A stretch of DNA of 64,000 bases from Octopus vulgaris (taxonomy: Eukaryota). Location: the NCBI GenBank assembly GCA_951406725.2, contig OX597822.1, positions 22,382,001-22,446,000 on the forward strand, in the 5' to 3' direction. This document shows positions 1 to 11,697 of this stretch, one piece after another; position 1 is the stretch's first letter; every line of letters starts with the position of its first letter. The notes below the pieces were generated by a model. The model was not told the origin of the DNA. It did no database searches and worked only from the letters and a program-made list of their open reading frames with translations. The translations under genes were made by a program, and so were the position numbers.

Positions 1-2709
1 TAAACTTTGCCCAGGCTATTATTATTCTAGCAGTTACACTTTCAGCGCACCCGCCCCCACTACTGACTTGGTCACCTAGATAGCGGAAGCTATCAACTAC
101 TTCTAGTTTTTCCCCCGGAAAGTGACGGAAGTTGTTTTCTGCAGATTTTCGGAGGTCAATGCTCCAGAGCATCTGCCACATACAAAAACTATCTTCCCAG
201 TTAGCCTACCTTTGGCATTGCTGCACCTCTTATGTGTCCATAGCTTACACTGGGTACATCTTATAGAGTTTCTACCTACACCTTTTCTACAGATCGAGCA
301 GGGCCATCTTCCTGAGGATATTTGTGGATTTTCTAACTTTCTACTTATTAGTACTTTGGTTTTAGCTAGGTTGACTCTAAGGCCCCTCGATTCTAAACCC
401 TCCTTCCACACCTGGAACTTCTCCTCCAGTTCTGATAGTGACTCAGCGATTAGAGCGAGGTCGTCAGCATAGAGGAGCTCCCAGGGGCAACCTGTCTTGA
501 ATTCCTCCACAATTGCCTGGAGGACTATGATAAATAGGAGGGAGCTGAGTACTGAACCCTGGTGGACCCCAACCTCTACCTTGAATTCTTCTGTGTACAT
601 GCTGCCAACTCTAACCTTACTTACGGCATCTCTGTACATGGCTTGCACAGCCCTCACCAGCCATTCATCTATCCCTAGTTTCCTCATTGACCACCAGATG
701 AGGGATCGGGGAACCCTATCAAAGGCTTTCTCCATGTCAACGAAAGCCAGGTACAGGGGCTTATCTTTGGCTAGGTATTTCTCCTGCAGCTGCCTTACCA
801 GGAATATAGCATCAGTGGTGCTTTTCCCTGGGACAAACCCAAACTGCATCTCATCTAAACTAACTCTCTCTCTAATTAGTTGGGCTATGACCCTCTCCGT
901 AACCTTCATTACCTGATCCAACAGCTTGATACCTCTGTAATTATTTGTATCCAGGGCATCACCTTTACCTTTGTAGCAGTTGACCAGTATGCTGCTACAC
1001 CAGTCATTGGGTATGACTCCTTCGTGTATCACCTGGTTGACTATACGGGTGACTAGGTTATAGCCGACACTGCCAGATATTTTGAGCATCTCTGCAGTAA
1101 TTCCTGATGGGCCTGGGGCTTTCCCTGTCTTCATGCTTCTAATTGCCTTAGCTACCACGGAACTATCAACTCGGATAGCTGGTCCCTCTGTTGGGTCAAC
1201 ATTCGGCAGACTCTCTTTATCCCATTCATTTTCTTTATTCAGCAACCTTTCATAGTGGCATCTCCAAACCTCTCTCTTTGCATCCTCATTTAGCGCAAGT
1301 GAACCATCATCCATGCGAACAAACTTCTCTCCTACCACATCACGATTCTCTCTCACACACTGTCTTGCAACACGAAATACCTCAAGTCTTTCATCCTCAC
1401 AGCTCAGAACATTGGCAAATTTTTTCTTATCCACTTCCCCTCTAGCTAAATAAACCTGTCTCCTAGCTTCCCTTTTGGCTGTCTGATACAATTCCCTGCT
1501 ACCACCGTTCTTCCAGTCCTTCCAAGCCTGTCTCTTTTGTCTAATAGCCCTGTCAACCACAGTGTTCCACCACCATGTTACTCTGGGTCGAGATGGTACT
1601 TTGCTCCATCCACAGATCTGGTCAGTGGCTGTCAGCAGATTGTCCCGTAGGAATCTCCAGTTGTCTTCCACATTAAGTGAAGCTATATCCCCTTCTATTT
1701 CGTCAGAGGCTTCGAGTAGTATGTCTCTAAATCTCTGTCCATTTGCAGGATCTTTAAGCTTCCAGACCCTTCTCCTCCAAGCTGGTCTTCTTCTGGGCAA
1801 CCATTTAGCTCTGATCCTGAAGTCGCTAACTACTAATCTATGTTGGGGAGTACATTCTTCGCCTGGGAAGGTTTTGGCATTTATAATCAGCCCTCTTTCC
1901 CTTTTTCTGGCAAGGATGTAGTCAATCTGGCTGGTGTGTCTGCCAGAACGGTAGGTGACTAGGTGAGAGGTGGGTTTCCTGAAGTGGGTATTGCAGACCA
2001 TAAGGTCATTTGCATCGCAGAACTCCAGCAGCCTGGTTCCTTCCTCATTTCAAGAGCCAAAACCGTAGCCTCCATGGACGCCATGGAAGCCCCCGACATG
2101 TCGTCCAACATGTCCATTGAAATCACCTGCCACGAAGAGAAGGTCACTGTCATTTGTCAATGAGGTAGTCCGCAATAGGGTGTCATAGAATTGGTCTTTT
2201 TGTCCTTCCGGTAGCCCTGGTTGAGGGGCATATGCCGAGATGATGGTAGCTGTCCTATGGTGAAGAACTAATCTAATTTTAATTACTCTGTCACTTACTC
2301 TGACTACCTCGATTACCTTACCTACCCATTTCTCCGCAAGAAGTATACCCACGCCCCCGACTCCGTCAGTGTTCCCTGCCCAGAAAATCTTGTACCTGTG
2401 TTCCTTGCCTGTGAGGAGCCTAGCAGAACCTCCTCTCCACCTTACTTCCTGGATACAGCATACATCCACACGTCTCCGTTCAAGCAGCTCTACAATCTCT
2501 CCAGACCTACCTTTCAATGTGCCAACATTGAGCGTGCCAACTCTGAGGGTTTGGGAGGTGTGGGCATCAGAGACCCTGGGACGAGGGACAGCCGTGTCAT
2601 GTACCTGAAAAGAAAGCTTGCATTTGGCAGATTTCATATGGAAACTCTCGACTACAACCTGCATACTTTTCACAATTTTTTGCGCTATATGTTCAGATAA
2701 ACCCTTCAT
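1..2709 (-). mobile_element. RTE-clade LINE, long copy with frameshifts (APE endonuclease + RT + internal PHD-type finger), running off the left edge
   Basis: ORF 2050-2709 has APE motifs (GTLNVGTL, CIQEVRW, GVGILL, AYAPQ, GDFNGHVG). ORF 103-2001 has QIDYIL, QHRLV and RT motifs (KAPGPSGI, NYRGIKLL, QFGFVPGKSTTD, FVDMEKAFDRV, GVHQGSVLS, LLYADD). Frameshifts near 2040 and 110. The true 5' end (2600-2980) is uncertain. Confidence 0.95.
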
Positions 2710-2977
2710 AGGTGCTAGTGGGGGGCAGTTTCCGGTATTTGGGTAGAAACTTCCGGTATTGGTGGTGGGGGTGGGAGGGTGGGCGACAAAATCGAAGCAA
2801 CTAGTTTGAATACTATATTTGAGGGGGAGAAATAATTAATTAGATAAAAACTGAATGAAAGCCAGAGAGAGAATGAGTGAAAATAGATAAATAATAAAAA
2901 AATACGGTAGAGAAAGAAAATAGATAAATAATGAAAAAAATACGGTAGGAAACGAGGGGGCATATTTTCGAGGGGGT

Positions 2978-3152
2978 ATATATATGTTATATATATGTGT
3001 ATATATATATATATATATGTGTATATATATGTATATATATTTGTATATATATGTGTGTATATGTGTATGTGTATATATGTATATGTGTATATGTGTATAT
3101 GTGTATATATATATATATGTATGTATATGTGTATACGTGTATATATATATAT
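2978..3152. repeat. (TA)n/(TATG)n microsatellite
   Basis: Direct reading; explains the Y/I/H-rich ORFs here. Confidence 0.95.
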
Positions 3153-3318
3153 GATGGTCTTCTTTCAGTTTCCATCTACAAAATCCACCCACAAAGCTTT
3201 GGTCAGCCCAAAGGCTATAGAAAAAGACACTTGTTCAAGGTGCCATGCAGTGGGACTGAGCCTGGAACTATGTGGTCAGGAACCAAGCTTCTTGACATGC
3301 AGCCATGCCTGTGCCTAT
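3150..3318 (-). mobile_element. tRNA-derived SINE family A, 5' half
   Basis: Reverse complement matches the head of the copy at 56740-57130. Confidence 0.8.
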
Positions 3319-3436
3319 ATAGGATATTAATCTATCATATATCATTTTGATGATGTTAATATATCATATAACATTTTGAATATTAAATGATGCATGATTG
3401 CACATATATTACTGAATTATTTTTCTTACTATTTAG

Positions 3437-3584
3437 GGTTGGAAAAGTAAATTATTCACTGTACCTTGATGCTTCTGAGTACCTTGTTCAAGAAAATGAG
3501 TATGTTCCGTTTGTCACTGGCATTTCTGATCTCCTGAAATTGGATAAGTACTTGGTTTATACACCATATTATGAATTTTACAGG
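3437..3584 (+). CDS. Internal exon (148 bp, phase 2 to 0) of an M1 aminopeptidase gene (ENPEP/ANPEP-like, C-terminal domain)
   Basis: Acceptor ttttcttactatttAG, donor AGG|GTAAGT. Peptide VGKVNYSLYLDASEYLVQENEYVPFVTGISDLLKLDKYLVYTPYYEFYR resembles the M1 L..YL..E..Y.PW segment. Joins the next exon in frame. Confidence 0.9.
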
Positions 3585-3635
3585 GTAAGTATGAAAGATA
3601 TTTTCTCTTTTTATTTTGACAAACTTAGACACACT

Positions 3636-4005
3636 CTTTTACTTGTTTCAGTCATTTGACTGTGGCCATGCTGGAGCACCGCCTTTAGTTGAGCAAATCA
3701 ACCCCAGTACTTATTCTATCGGTCTCTTTTGCTGAACCGCTAAATGACTGGAACGTAAACACACCAGCATTGGTTGTCAAGCAATGCTAGGGGGACAAAC
3801 ACAGACACACAAACACACACATATACATATATATGCATATATACGACAGGCTTCTTTCAGTTTCTGTCTACCAAATCCACTCACAAGGCATTGGCCGGCC
3901 CGGGGCTATAGCAGAAGACACTTGCCCAAGATGCCACGCAGTGGGACTGAACCTGGAACCATGTGGTTGGTTAGCAAGCTACTTACCACACAGCTACTCC
4001 TACGC
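3636..4005 (-). mobile_element. tRNA-derived SINE family A, full length
   Basis: Reverse strand shows A/B-box head, central CA/TA repeat and the 3' tail GGCGGTGCTCCAGCATGGCC. Confidence 0.9.
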
Positions 4006-4057
4006 CACACACATACACATACACACAAATACACATGTATGTATATGTATACACATG

Positions 4058-4290
4058 TATGCCAGAAGGTTTGCAAAGGAAACAGAGGCCTCAAAAAACA
4101 TTTTAAGATCCACAAAGAGGAGAACTTATCTGCAGCTCTTGGAGGTCCAAATTGGAGGTGCAATCTATGTGGGTGTCTTTTCAGAACATTGTCTGGTTTA
4201 AAAAGCCACATCAGACGCCATGCTGGTGCTCAGGTGTAGGTACATGAGTTAGTCAAACTCTGCATAAGGAGTAGACAATCACCATATGTA
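4058..4290 (+). mobile_element. 3' fragment of a LINE (probably RTE/BovB-like) ending in C2H2 zinc fingers
   Basis: CQKVCKGNRGLKKHFKIH and CNLCGCLFRTLSGLKSHIRRH, then a stop, a short UTR and a TA/CA tail. No convincing acceptor; flanked by microsatellite. Confidence 0.65.
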
Positions 4291-4998
4291 TACACACATG
4301 TATATATCAACACAGAAATATAGAACTGTATGCACATAGACCTTCTATCAAGTCTGTGTTAATGTGCTTTCCTTAAAGATATTTTTTATGTAATTAATAT
4401 TTAATTCATGAAAATCTTTTTGTAAATATTATAAAATCTTATCTAATAATTTTTATAATATCACACATCTCAGGTTAAATACTGCAGTAACTAGTCTATC
4501 AACAGTGTGTATATGTTAAGTATGATACAAAAATGCTTATTCTAATTCGGTACTACCTCAATTGCATATAATGGATTTTTAATCAACTGGGGGTATTTAT
4601 TTCAAATATCAGTGAATGTTTTACTCAGTTTTTCCTATATCAGAAATGATAAATACTTGCTAATAAAAAGGCTCAAACAAACCAAAATGTATCTGGTACT
4701 CTCACTGGCCACTGCTGGGATGAATTTTCATCTAATTCTTAACTCGAGTCCATACAAGATGTTGTATATATACTACAGTAACTAGCTGATTGACAGAGTG
4801 TGTACATTAAGTATAATACAAAAATAGCTATTTTATGCATATATATATATACATCCATTCACATGCACACACAAATATGCATACATGTGTATATATATAT
4901 ATATATATATATATTAAAGAATATATTTATATTTTTAAAAGATTTTTTTACGTATATTTATTAATTAATTATTTTATTATTCTAGTTTATTTTTTTAC

Positions 4999-5133
4999 CT
5001 GATGAGTGGCTATATTTATATCGAAGTGATTTTACATACATGTGTATGTATATGTTGTATATATATATATATATATATATATAAATTTTTTTTACTATAA
5101 TCATTTCTTAAATATAGCCACGAAACACGTGTC
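4999..5133 (+). ncRNA. Type I hammerhead ribozyme-like motif in a probable Penelope terminal-repeat remnant (~4915-5405)
   Basis: CTGATGA 4999-5005; perfect 13-bp stem II GTGGCTATATTTA/TAAATATAGCCAC; GAAA 5122-5125; palindromic stem III CACGTG; GTC site. Stem I pairs poorly. Confidence 0.7.
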
Positions 5134-5903
5134 CTTATTCTACCAAATATATACATTTTTATTATTATTTTGCAATTTACTTAATCATCGGTATATTATT
5201 GTTATTTTATTTTTTATTTTTCTATTATATGTAATTTTCTAGATGGTGTAATTTAATTGTTCATTTTGAATTGATAAAAGTGGGTTTTTTTCTAATTTTT
5301 ATATATATATATTATATTTTGTGAAATTTGATTTAGTATTTCTAAATTGAATTTTTCCCTATAAGTTAGGAATAATATTCCCTCAAATAATTATTATAAT
5401 TATCATATATATATATATAACGGGAAGCTTTATGAAAATAGACAAAAGACGAAGGCAGGTGGAAAACAAACAAACAATTGTATTAGTATGGCACTCAGGA
5501 AATATAAATAAAACAAGATATGTATATATTGAGAGAGAAACAGAGAGGGAAATACATACAAATATACATACATGTATATACATACATTGTGGACAATTGA
5601 GAGTTCCACAAATTCTTGCTGAACAACCTGCACAGATGATTTCTTTATAGTAATCAAATATTTGAACTTTATATTTGTTCACTTCTTCAAATTGACATTG
5701 TGTGTACAGGTGCACAGTGTACCAGATGTTGAAGTGACTACAGAGAAACATAAAATGAAATGCTTTGCTCAAGAACACAATAATACAAATGGTCCAGGAA
5801 TTAAAACCACATTCTTACAATCAAGAGGGCAACAGCCTAGCCTCCAGGCCATGCACCTAGTACATACATACAGTCATATATAGATATACATATGTAAGTT
5901 AAA

Positions 5904-6230
5904 ATGCAACCAGATATTGTTGTGTTGGATGACAAAAAATATATATGCCCTGCTGTGGAAATCAGCTGCTCTCTGGACACTAATGTGGTGAGAAAAATAT
6001 GCAGGAAAGAAGACATCTATGGACACTGGATAAGGTGCTTGCAAATCCAGTATCCAAGATATGCTTTCAATATCATGTCTATTATTATTGGAGTAACAGG
6101 ATGCTTACCAGCTTGCTTGAAGCAAAACATGGTTGAACTTGGCTTCTTGGGGAGAGAACACAGTTTCTTAATTCATATGTCACAAATGATCACAGTATTT
6201 GGTACTGTAAAAATCCGCAAGACCTTAAGA
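5904..6230 (+). mobile_element. Old 3' fragment of a restriction-like-endonuclease non-LTR retrotransposon
   Basis: QPDIVVLD..KY...VEISC..D......K...Y...IIIGVTG is a PD-(D/E)xK-type RLE pattern. Confidence 0.7.
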
Positions 6231-6629
6231 GTAAAAGGACAAGGAACAAAAGAAGGTGCTTTCTTTCACAGCCTTGCAGCCAGGTAGATAGCAAGTCAAA
6301 ATTAACTCTTAATTAAAAAGAGGAAAAAAACATTCATATGCATACACAAAAATATATTTATACTCAAGCACTCTGTACTGACACATAGACACACAATAAA
6401 CTACTACACAGATTCCACTCTCAAGATTTTAGTCAACAAGATGCCATGGCAGAATACTGTTGTCCAAGTTGCCAAGGTACCATGCAGTGGGCTCAAACCA
6501 GAATCATATGATTGGGAAGTGAAATTTTTGACCACCTGGTTAATAAAGCAAATATCTGCAACACACAAATTCAGTTAAAGAACTAAACTAGACCTTAAAA
6601 TAAATAAATAATTATTGTTATTTATTTAA

Positions 6630-7810
6630 GTTTCCAGAAGGTTGCATATGACAGATCTATTTTGTAAACCCATGTCATACCACTTGTATCTTCACCAGTG
6701 CTTCAATCATCCAAACCATATGATTAATCCAACTTCAAAGTCCCAATTTTTGTGAATAAGATGGATTTGTATTGTCAGAGGAGATTATTGGAAGCATGCA
6801 AATGATTTTGTGTATCATTACATCAAACATGGTTATAGTGAATCACAATTTTTAAAAAAATCAAACTTGACACAGCTAGGATTAATGAATGTCAAACTTT
6901 CAAGACTAATTATAGCAGTCAAAGTAAAAAATTTGGATTCAGTTCCTTTAAGTTATTAATTGGCACCAAAATCTCACCAGCATTTCAGAAGTGTTGCATG
7001 ATAGTTATCAACATGTTTCACAAAAATATCTTCATTTCAAAGAAATATTTCCTCATTCATCTATTGTTGCTTTTAGACATAACAAAAATGTAATACAAAT
7101 ATTAACAAGCATCTCTGCTCGTAATCAAACCTCCGGAGTTTCTGAACATTGTATCTCTAAAAACAGTTGCATGAGAGGTAAGCTCTCAATGTGCAACAGC
7201 ATAAGTTAGGTCAACTATCAGAATTTCGAATAAAAATGTTATAAGATTTATACAGAATGTGGGACCTGTAATGATTCTCATATGGTGTACACAGCTGTAT
7301 GCCTTAAACATTATACGATTTAATTAAAAATTCAAAAGATTTAATGGGGATAAGCATGGCATCAGTCACAATAACACTACCTCAATGGAACTTGCTGAGC
7401 ATTATACTTGGACACCTGTAATTGTCACAAACACCTTAAAGTACAAATTCTCAGAAAATATTTTGACTCCATTGAACTTTCAGACTTTAAAACACACAAA
7501 GATAAATATATAAGTTACTAGCATAACATCCTGGTTGGGAATGACCAAAATGACAGAAGAGTTTCATCAGATTTATACAAAGCTGAGAGTTGTTTTCCCA
7601 GTTACAAATAAGTGAAACTTGATGGTGTCTATTTTATATATCAAGGAAGGACTGCAAGATAGTCTTGTTGAATTTTTGAATTCCAACATTTCTGAATATT
7701 TTCCATTATTATCTTATTTTGAACCTGAAGAAGACAGGCATACTGTTGACCTATTGCAATGTTCTATGAACAGAAGTAAATTTGATTTATTACATACTTT
7801 GCTCTTCTAA
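6630..7810 (+). mobile_element. Degenerate Penelope-like element (RT C-terminus, linker, decayed GIY-YIG region, terminal repeat)
   Basis: TDLFCKP..YLH...HP....SQFL*IRWIC and IVAFRHNKN resemble PLE motifs; many stops; hammerhead relic at 7721-7764. Confidence 0.7.
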
Positions 7811-7824
7811 TAGTATAATAATAA

Positions 7825-8035
7825 TTCTTTCTATTTTTGGCCCAAGGCTAACAATTTTGAAGGGCGTGTAAGTCAATTACATCAACCCCAGTGCTCAACT
7901 GATACTTATTTTATTGAAAAGATGAAAGGCAAAAATTGACCTCAACAGAATTTGAACTCAGAACATAAAGAGCCAGAAAAAATGCCACTAACTATTTTGT
8001 CCAATGCAGTAAAGATTTTGCCAGCTGACCACCTT
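7825..8035 (-). mobile_element. SINE family B, old copy
   Basis: Reverse complement resembles 48917-49145. Confidence 0.7.
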
Positions 8036-8039
8036 AGTT

Positions 8040-8072
8040 GTAGTAGTAGTAGTAGTAACACTGATGATGATG

Positions 8073-8133
<61 letters not shown>
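8040..8133. repeat. (TAG)n(GAT)n(AAT)n microsatellite
   Basis: Direct reading. Confidence 0.95.
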
Positions 8134-8134
<1 letters not shown>

Positions 8135-8495
8135 CTCAAAAAATGTGGCACCTAAGAATGACAACTGCATCAGTGATGATCAGAGCTTTGGGAATAATAT
8201 CAAATGGTACTTTTCAATACTATAATCAAATACTAGGAAACCCAAATGTATCAGCATTATGAAAAAGAAAGTTTTCAAGGGTACATTTTAAGGAAAACAT
8301 TGTCAATCTGAGAATATTTTAATCTTTTAAAACCTTTCAAAATTGCAAATATTGCAACCAATTTTTGATGAAATTTTAATTCACAGAATTTGATTTGATT
8401 TTTCTGAATTACAACACATAAATAACAGTAAAACATCAAATAGTCTCTTTAGGTCTTAGGGTGACACTTACAACAGCTCAACTAAACCAAAGCAA
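8134..8495 (+). mobile_element. Short 3' fragment of an R4/Dong-like element
   Basis: SKMWHL.......IRALGII is homologous to the end of ORF 9073-9372; the 3' UTR resembles 9520-9590. Confidence 0.6.
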
Positions 8496-8781
8496 CAACC
8501 ATTACATTGATCCCAGTGTTTCAATGGTACTTAATTTCTCAACCTTGAAAGGATGAAAGGCAAAGTCGACCTTGGCAGAATTTGAACTCACAATGTAAAG
8601 ACAGACGAAATACCACTAAGCATTTCACCCAGTGTGCCAATGATTCTACATGCTCGATGATAACAATAATAATAATAAAATGAAGAATTCTACCTAATTT
8701 TGACACAAGACTAGCAATTTTGAGAATAGGGAGTAAGTCAATTATATCAACCCCAGAACCTAACTGGTACTTTATGTTAAC

Positions 8782-9612
8782 CCTGATCAGAAGCAGTCCA
8801 ACGTGTCGTGTATGCCAGCAACAAAATGAAACCATTGACCATGTGGTCTCCAAGTGCAGTCTTCTAGCGCCTACAGAGTATCTCAACAGACACGATAGAG
8901 CTGCACAATATATTCACTGGGTAATCTGCAAAAACCTGGATTTACCCCATGAAAAAAACTGGTGGGAACACAAACCACCCCCAGTGCTTGAAAATGACCA
9001 CATCTCACTCCTCTGGAACTTCACACCATTCAAACTGACAGAAAGATAGATGCAAATAGGCCAGACATCATATTGAAAGACTTCAAACAAAGAACATGCC
9101 TCCTCATTGATATGACTGTCCCAATCGATATAAACGTATCTGTCAAGACCTACCAAAAACTGAGCAAATATAAAGATCTTGAAATAGAAATCAGCAAAAT
9201 GTGGAACCTGAAGACTAAAACAATACCTGTTGTCATAGGTGCCCTGGGAATGATAGCAAAAGGGGCTGATAGCTACCTAACTCAGATACCAGGAAACCCA
9301 AAAATGGCAGAAATTCAAAAGATAGTGCTCATGGGAACTGCTCATATCCTATGCAAAATACTTTCTATGTAATCTCAAGGTTTAAAACAAACATAATTTT
9401 GGGTTTTTAAAAAAAAAAAAAAAAAGAAAAATTTTTTTTTTAGACATTCATTAGTACAACACCAAAAACTCCCCCAATATATGGCACACTAGGCATAACA
9501 ACAACATGAACTTCCAACCTGTTGTCTCTTGAGGTCTCTGGGTGAGACTTGGAGCCAACTTGTACAAATATAAAGCAAAAGTCAAACATAGAATAATAAT
9601 AATAATAATAAT
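8782..9612 (+). mobile_element. 5'-truncated R4/Dong-clade non-LTR retrotransposon (CCHC finger + RLE endonuclease)
   Basis: CRVC...ETIDHVVSKC, RHD, RPDI..KD...CLLIDMTVP.D...KLSKYKDL, PVVIGALG; one frameshift near 9030; ends in (AAT)n. Confidence 0.9.
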
Positions 9613-11299
9613 AGTAGTAGTAGTAGTAGTAGTAGTTTCTGATTTTAATAGTTATAATTTCTTTATTTGTTTGAAAGATAATAAATGAAAGGATATTGTA
9701 AGGATAAATAATACAAACAGAGAAATGATTATAAGAAAACAGGCATTGGGAGACAACAGCTTAATGTAATGAAAGATCTGTACTTGACAGAGGGATAAAA
9801 ACCAAAATTGGCTTTAGCAGGAGTTGAACAAAGAAGTAAAGGAATGTAACTCCATGCCACAAAACAGTTATTCTCAGCTCTTCCAATTTCCAATCCTAAT
9901 AATAACCATAGTTACTATTGTTTTTAATTAATAACTTCATTTAATTGCAATATAGGCATCAAACTGGAGAAAAAAAATAAGAGAGCAAAAAGCAAAAAGA
10001 TTAGGATATAAACAAGCAAAATAAAATTAAATGGAAACACAGAAAACAGTCCATGATGGGAGGCTTTGTACTATCATATCCCATAAGCGATTCACCACCA
10101 ACTCAGCCATCTGATCATTGTTTTATTATTTCAGAAAGTATGTTTTTTTCCCCCAATTCATTTTACATTAGAAATGGTTTGTATATCGAAATTAATCATA
10201 ACAGTTTATATTGAGTTATTTATCATCAATGTACCTAGGGAAAAAAAATATATAATTTTCAACATTTTTTTTTGTTTTGTTAAAATAAAAATTCCTTTCC
10301 AATTATTTTCTATATATTAAAAAAAATCCTCAATCTTTTTTCCCTTCTTTTTTTCTTCTATTTTTTTTTTTTTTTTTTGCTTCCTGTTTTGTGATAATGA
10401 TAATGTTCATTTATCCAAACGGAGAGATAACAAATCACACAACAAAGACTCAACAGTTATTTTCTGAAGTTTTCATTATGATTAGTTATTTATTACTATC
10501 ATGGGGAAACATCTTTGAACCATTTACATTACTGTTTATTGGTGATCATTCAATGTTTGGAAAACATTCCCAGTGACCTCATATCATAACAACCCCCCCT
10601 CCCAGTCATAACATTGTTTAAATTGCTTTAACAACTCTTTGCTTTCTCATAAGTGCCAGAAAATAAAGCCTGCATAGAGGCTATTATGCTGAATGCTTAC
10701 TAGGTCCTCATATTCTCCACAGTTGTGTGTAATTGTGGTTCACACTATTAACACTTCTCACTTGCAAGATGCTGTACCATGAAAATAAGAAATCACTGCT
10801 TTCACTCTTTGATCGCTATTTGTATATGAAGTGTTGGAAGAGAATCAAGTGACCAAATTATCAAGAATACGATATAGATCAACCCACAAAACACAGAATT
10901 TTTTGTAATACAGGCACATGGCCAGATATTTGTGGGGAAGATGTTACTGGAAATTGACTTCAGTACTCAAATGGTACTTTATTTAATCCACTTTGAAAGG
11001 ATGAACAACTAAGTTGACCTTGGTAGGATTTGAACCCAAAATGTAAAGAAGAGGTACTAATATTGCAAGGCATTTCTTCACCATGATTCTGCCAATTCCC
11101 TACCTTCATAATAATTATTTCTACTATAGGCACAAGGCCTGAAATTTTGGGGGATTACATTGACCCCAGTACTGAACTGGTACTTATTTTATGTTCCCCA
11201 AAAGAATGGAAGGTAAATCAACTTTGGTGGAATTTGATCTTAGAACATAAAGCTAGAAGAAATTCCATGAAGTATTTTGTCCAGCATTCTTTCTTTCTA

Positions 11300-11503
11300 T
11301 TCTTTTATTTGTTTCAGTCATTTGACTGTGGCCATGCTGGAGTACTGCCTTTAGTCGAGTAAATCAACCCCAGGGCTTATTCTTTGTAAGCCTAGTACTT
11401 ATTCTATCAGTCTCTCTTGCCAACCGCTAAGTGATGGGGGCGTAAACACACCAGCATCGGTTATTGAGAGATGTTGGGGGGACAAACACAGGCACACAAA
11501 CAT

Positions 11504-11534
<31 letters not shown>

Positions 11535-11697
11535 CTACGAGCTTCTTTCAGTTTCCGTCTACCAAATCCACTTACAAGGCTTTGGTTGGCCCAAGGTTAT
11601 AGTAGAATTCACTTGCCCAAGGTGACATGCAGTGGGACTGAACCTGGAACCATGTGGTAGGTAAGCAAGCTACTTACCACACAGCCACTCCTGTGCC
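11300..11697 (-). mobile_element. tRNA-derived SINE family A, full length
   Basis: Colinear with 3636-4005. Preceded by family B fragments at ~10900-11290. Confidence 0.9.

Noticed and set aside
122-2700. Plus-strand ORFs overlapping the RTE
   Set aside because: Antisense shadows of the LINE ORF with no independent motifs.
2610-2980. Possible RTE 5' UTR with an HDV-like ribozyme
   Set aside because: No nested double pseudoknot could be identified by eye; the segment may be an unrelated repeat into which the RTE inserted.
2836-3350. Y/I/H/M/C/V-rich ORFs here and near 18300, 43000, 52400 and 55500-59350
   Set aside because: Translations of TA/CA/TG microsatellites.
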